DNA from: a virus
Strand: one strand, 5' to 3'
Length of the DNA: 43,644 bases
IMG/VR virus record: IMGVR_UViG_3300034069_000381
Coordinates: 1 to 43,644 of that record
Shown: one piece after another, positions 41,701 through 43,644 of the stretch
Layout of the letters: each line of letters opens with the position of its first letter
Position numbering within the stretch: the first letter of the stretch is position 1
Notes under the pieces: model-generated
Database searches by the model: none
Seen by the model: only the letters and a program-made list of their open reading frames with translations
What the model was told of the DNA's origin: nothing
Translations under genes and position numbers: made by a program

Positions 41701-41852
41701 GCCCGCAGAAATAGCATCTCGGGCTTTTTGCGGCAATCGGTTATTTTGCCGTTGACATGCGGTTATCGTGAGTAGATACCTGACATCAACAGCCACCCGC
41801 CACCCGGCGGACCCAGCGCGAAGCTGGCCTCCTTGGCTGGGGGAGATTTGGG
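41701..41852. promoter_or_regulatory. Second divergent control region
   Basis: AT-richer gap. Rightward candidate: TTGACA (41752-41757), 15-nt spacer, TAGATA. Leftward candidate: TTGATG, 16-nt spacer, GATAAC. Inverted repeat CGGCAA ... TTGCCG (41731-41751). TGACAT x2. GCCACCC x2 (41792-41805). Confidence 0.42.
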
Positions 41853-42425
41853 ATGGATATCAGTTTTGAGAGCTTAGGGCTTTCGGTTGAGACGATGCAG
41901 GATCGCCTTGTCGAGGCGATGATCGATCGCTTTCTCACGAGCACAGTTTCTGATGAAGACGGCGAACCCGTCATTATCGCTAGCCGCTTTCGTGAAGCGA
42001 TCCAGACCAAGATCCTCGCCGAAGTTGATGCCAGCGTGGAGCGGCTGATCGCGCCTGTCCTGTCGTCCTCGATCGATAATTACATCAGCACCTTTACGGT
42101 GAAAAGTACGAATGGTTACGGCGAACCGAAACGCACCCCTGAGACTATCACTGAATATATCGTTCGGCGGTCATGGGAATATATGACCGAGGGTGTCGAT
42201 TTTCAGGGCAAGAGCAAGGCCGAGCACTTGAAAAGTGGTCGCGACAACTATGGCTACAAGGATCAGACAACCCGCGTCGCGTACCTAATCGATAAGCGTC
42301 TTAATGACGAGATCGAAAAGGCAATGAAAGATGCGCTGGTGAACGCCAATCAGGCCATCAACGAAGGGCTAAAGTCGGCGGTTGTTTTTGAACTCAACAA
42401 ACTCACCGCGAAGCTCAAAGCATGA
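41853..42425 (+). CDS. Hypothetical protein (190 aa), lower GC than the genome
   Basis: RBS GGGGAG. Sampled lines give 43-52% GC. Confidence 0.65.
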   Translation: MDISFESLGLSVETMQDRLVEAMIDRFLTSTVSDEDGEPVIIASRFREAIQTKILAEVDASVERLIAPVLSSSIDNYISTFTVKSTNGYGEPKRTPETITEYIVRRSWEYMTEGVDFQGKSKAEHLKSGRDNYGYKDQTTRVAYLIDKRLNDEIEKAMKDALVNANQAINEGLKSAVVFELNKLTAKLKA

Positions 42426-42751
42426 CCCCCCACCTCACCCACCTCCGCGCCGCGATCGTGGCCCGCTGGGATGCGCTGGCGGCTCGCTGCAACGAGGGCC
42501 GCGCACCCCGCGCTACGTTGCCCCAGCACACGCTCATGGACGCCACGGCGTACCTGATCGAGCAGGGCGCTCCCGACCAGCCACCATGCGACGGTGAGCG
42601 CCGGTTCAACATGCCGATGCGCCGGGTGCGGACGTACCTGGACGCGCTCCCGCCGGCCGAACGCGCTGAGATGGCTAGGCGCGGCGAGCGCTCCATCTAC
42701 GCGGGCCGTCACCCGATCTGCCCTGTTGTGGATGAAAGGAATGTGGCGTGA
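42422..42751 (+). CDS. Hypothetical protein (109 aa)
   Basis: ATGA overlap upstream and GTGA overlap downstream. Confidence 0.6.
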   Translation: MTPHLTHLRAAIVARWDALAARCNEGRAPRATLPQHTLMDATAYLIEQGAPDQPPCDGERRFNMPMRRVRTYLDALPPAERAEMARRGERSIYAGRHPICPVVDERNVA

Positions 42752-43116
42752 GCGCGATCATTAACCAGCCGTGGGAAGATGTGGCCGACGATGTCACCGG
42801 CGCTATCGAGAAGGCGGTTCAGCCGCTTTTGAAGAAGGCGACCGACGCAATCTATGCGGGGCTGCTCGACACCACGCAGGATTATCTCCGCGACAATCTG
42901 GCGTTCAACATCGCCAGCCGGATCGATGGCGCAGAACGGCAGGCTTACTCGGACAGAATCGCGCTGGAGGTGGAAAAGGTCAAATCGGCCGATCTGCTGG
43001 CTCTGGTCATTCAATACCGAAACGACCTCCTCTACCCGCCATCGGGCGAAAGTCGGGATCGCCGACTGGCAGCCATCCGCGCCGCTCTCGCCAAAGCCTT
43101 GGGAGACGCATCGTGA
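42748..43116 (+). CDS. Hypothetical protein (122 aa)
   Basis: GTG start overlapping the upstream stop. Confidence 0.6.
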   Translation: MSAIINQPWEDVADDVTGAIEKAVQPLLKKATDAIYAGLLDTTQDYLRDNLAFNIASRIDGAERQAYSDRIALEVEKVKSADLLALVIQYRNDLLYPPSGESRDRRLAAIRAALAKALGDAS

Positions 43117-43439
43117 GCGCTCTCCTTGAACTTGCAGCGCGGTGTGAGGCTGCGGCGGGGCCTAGTTTCGCGCTGGATATCGAGATCGCTTACGCCATCA
43201 ATCACCCGCTTGAAGGGCTAGCAAAACCTTACACCGCCTCCATCGATGCCGCACGAACGCTGGTGCCGGAAGAGCATGATCTGTTTCTGATGCAAGGGCA
43301 TGGCGAAAAGGCGTCAGCGGCCACACCGCATCGACAGTCTGCAATTACAGATGAGCGATCGGCCGCCACGCCCGCCCTAGCCTTATGCGCGGCAAGCCTC
43401 CGCGCTCGCGCTGCTCTTGAAACGGGAGACGCATCGTGA
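43113..43439 (+). CDS. Hypothetical protein (108 aa)
   Basis: GTG 43113 overlaps the upstream stop (GTGA). The longer ORF from 42771 is the wrong-frame shadow of the previous gene. Confidence 0.55.
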   Translation: MSALLELAARCEAAAGPSFALDIEIAYAINHPLEGLAKPYTASIDAARTLVPEEHDLFLMQGHGEKASAATPHRQSAITDERSAATPALALCAASLRARAALETGDAS

Positions 43440-43594
43440 AGCACTTCCCCAGCATCGAGCCTGTGCGTGCCGAGGTGGCGGATGTGCTGCCGGCGGAACT
43501 CTACACGGCAGACGATCCGTTCGTCTGGGTCGAGGCGATGACCGCCAAGTATGGCCCGAACTTCGAAGACATGGACGGGGAGGGCGGGCTGTGA
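43436..43594 (+). CDS. Hypothetical protein (52 aa)
   Basis: GTG 43436 overlaps the upstream stop. Its stop overlaps the methyltransferase GTG. It spans the overlap boundary. Confidence 0.55.
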   Translation: MKHFPSIEPVRAEVADVLPAELYTADDPFVWVEAMTAKYGPNFEDMDGEGGL

Positions 43595-43644
43595 GGCGCC
43601 CCCGTCTCCTAGACCTGTTCTGCTGCGCCGGCGGCGCGGCGATG
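43504..43644. repeat. Terminal overlap, copy 2 (identical to 1..141)
   Basis: See copy 1. Confidence 0.97.
43591..43644 (+). CDS. First 18 codons of the C5-methyltransferase gene (duplicate of 88..141, truncated by the window end)
   Basis: Identical sequence to 88-141. Confidence 0.85.
   Translation, partial: MRRPRLLDLFCCAGGAAM

Noticed and set aside
1-43644. CRISPR array, transposase/IS element, toxin-antitoxin pair, retron, or a known defence or anti-defence operon
   Set aside because: I saw no regularly spaced direct repeats, no transposase-like or reverse-transcriptase-like ORF, and no recognisable toxin fold. Small acidic or unknown ORFs (for example 23204..23485) are not enough to call anti-defence genes.

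Overview
The window is one complete tailed-phage genome. GC is high, about 60-65% by hand counts on sample lines. Bases 1-141 repeat exactly at 43504-43644, so the closed unit is 43,503 bp, and almost all of it is coding with start/stop overlaps. There are three transcription blocks. (1) A rightward block runs 37260-43594 and continues across the junction to 88-5353. It holds a GapR/DUF2312-like protein, a YqaJ-type exonuclease, a compact C5-cytosine methyltransferase, a phage Dam-type N6-adenine methyltransferase, an HNH endonuclease, a DUF551-like protein and many small unknown ORFs. (2) A leftward early/replication block runs 37177-33056: a Cro-like HTH protein, a VRR-NUC nuclease, a Toprim-primase/AAA_25 helicase and SSB. 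(3) A leftward late block runs 32431-5307: small and large terminase, portal, a five-gene fibre-like set, scaffold, major capsid, podovirus-like tail and ejection proteins, two tail-fibre genes, then a lysis cassette. I found no integrase, DNA polymerase, RNA polymerase, tRNA, CRISPR array or reverse transcriptase. The GapR homologue and the GC content suggest an alphaproteobacterial host (inference). Items most worth a second look: a dense iteron/inverted-repeat array between the primase-helicase and ssb; a stand-alone paralogue of the N-terminal three-repeat module of the 1042-aa fibre-like protein; the fibre-like gene set sitting between portal and scaffold; low-GC inserts coupled into the structural operon; a GNAT gene among the tail/ejection genes; and a lysis cassette that carries a DEDDh exonuclease and a lipoprotein. 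All functional calls come from motifs read by eye. No database search was possible.
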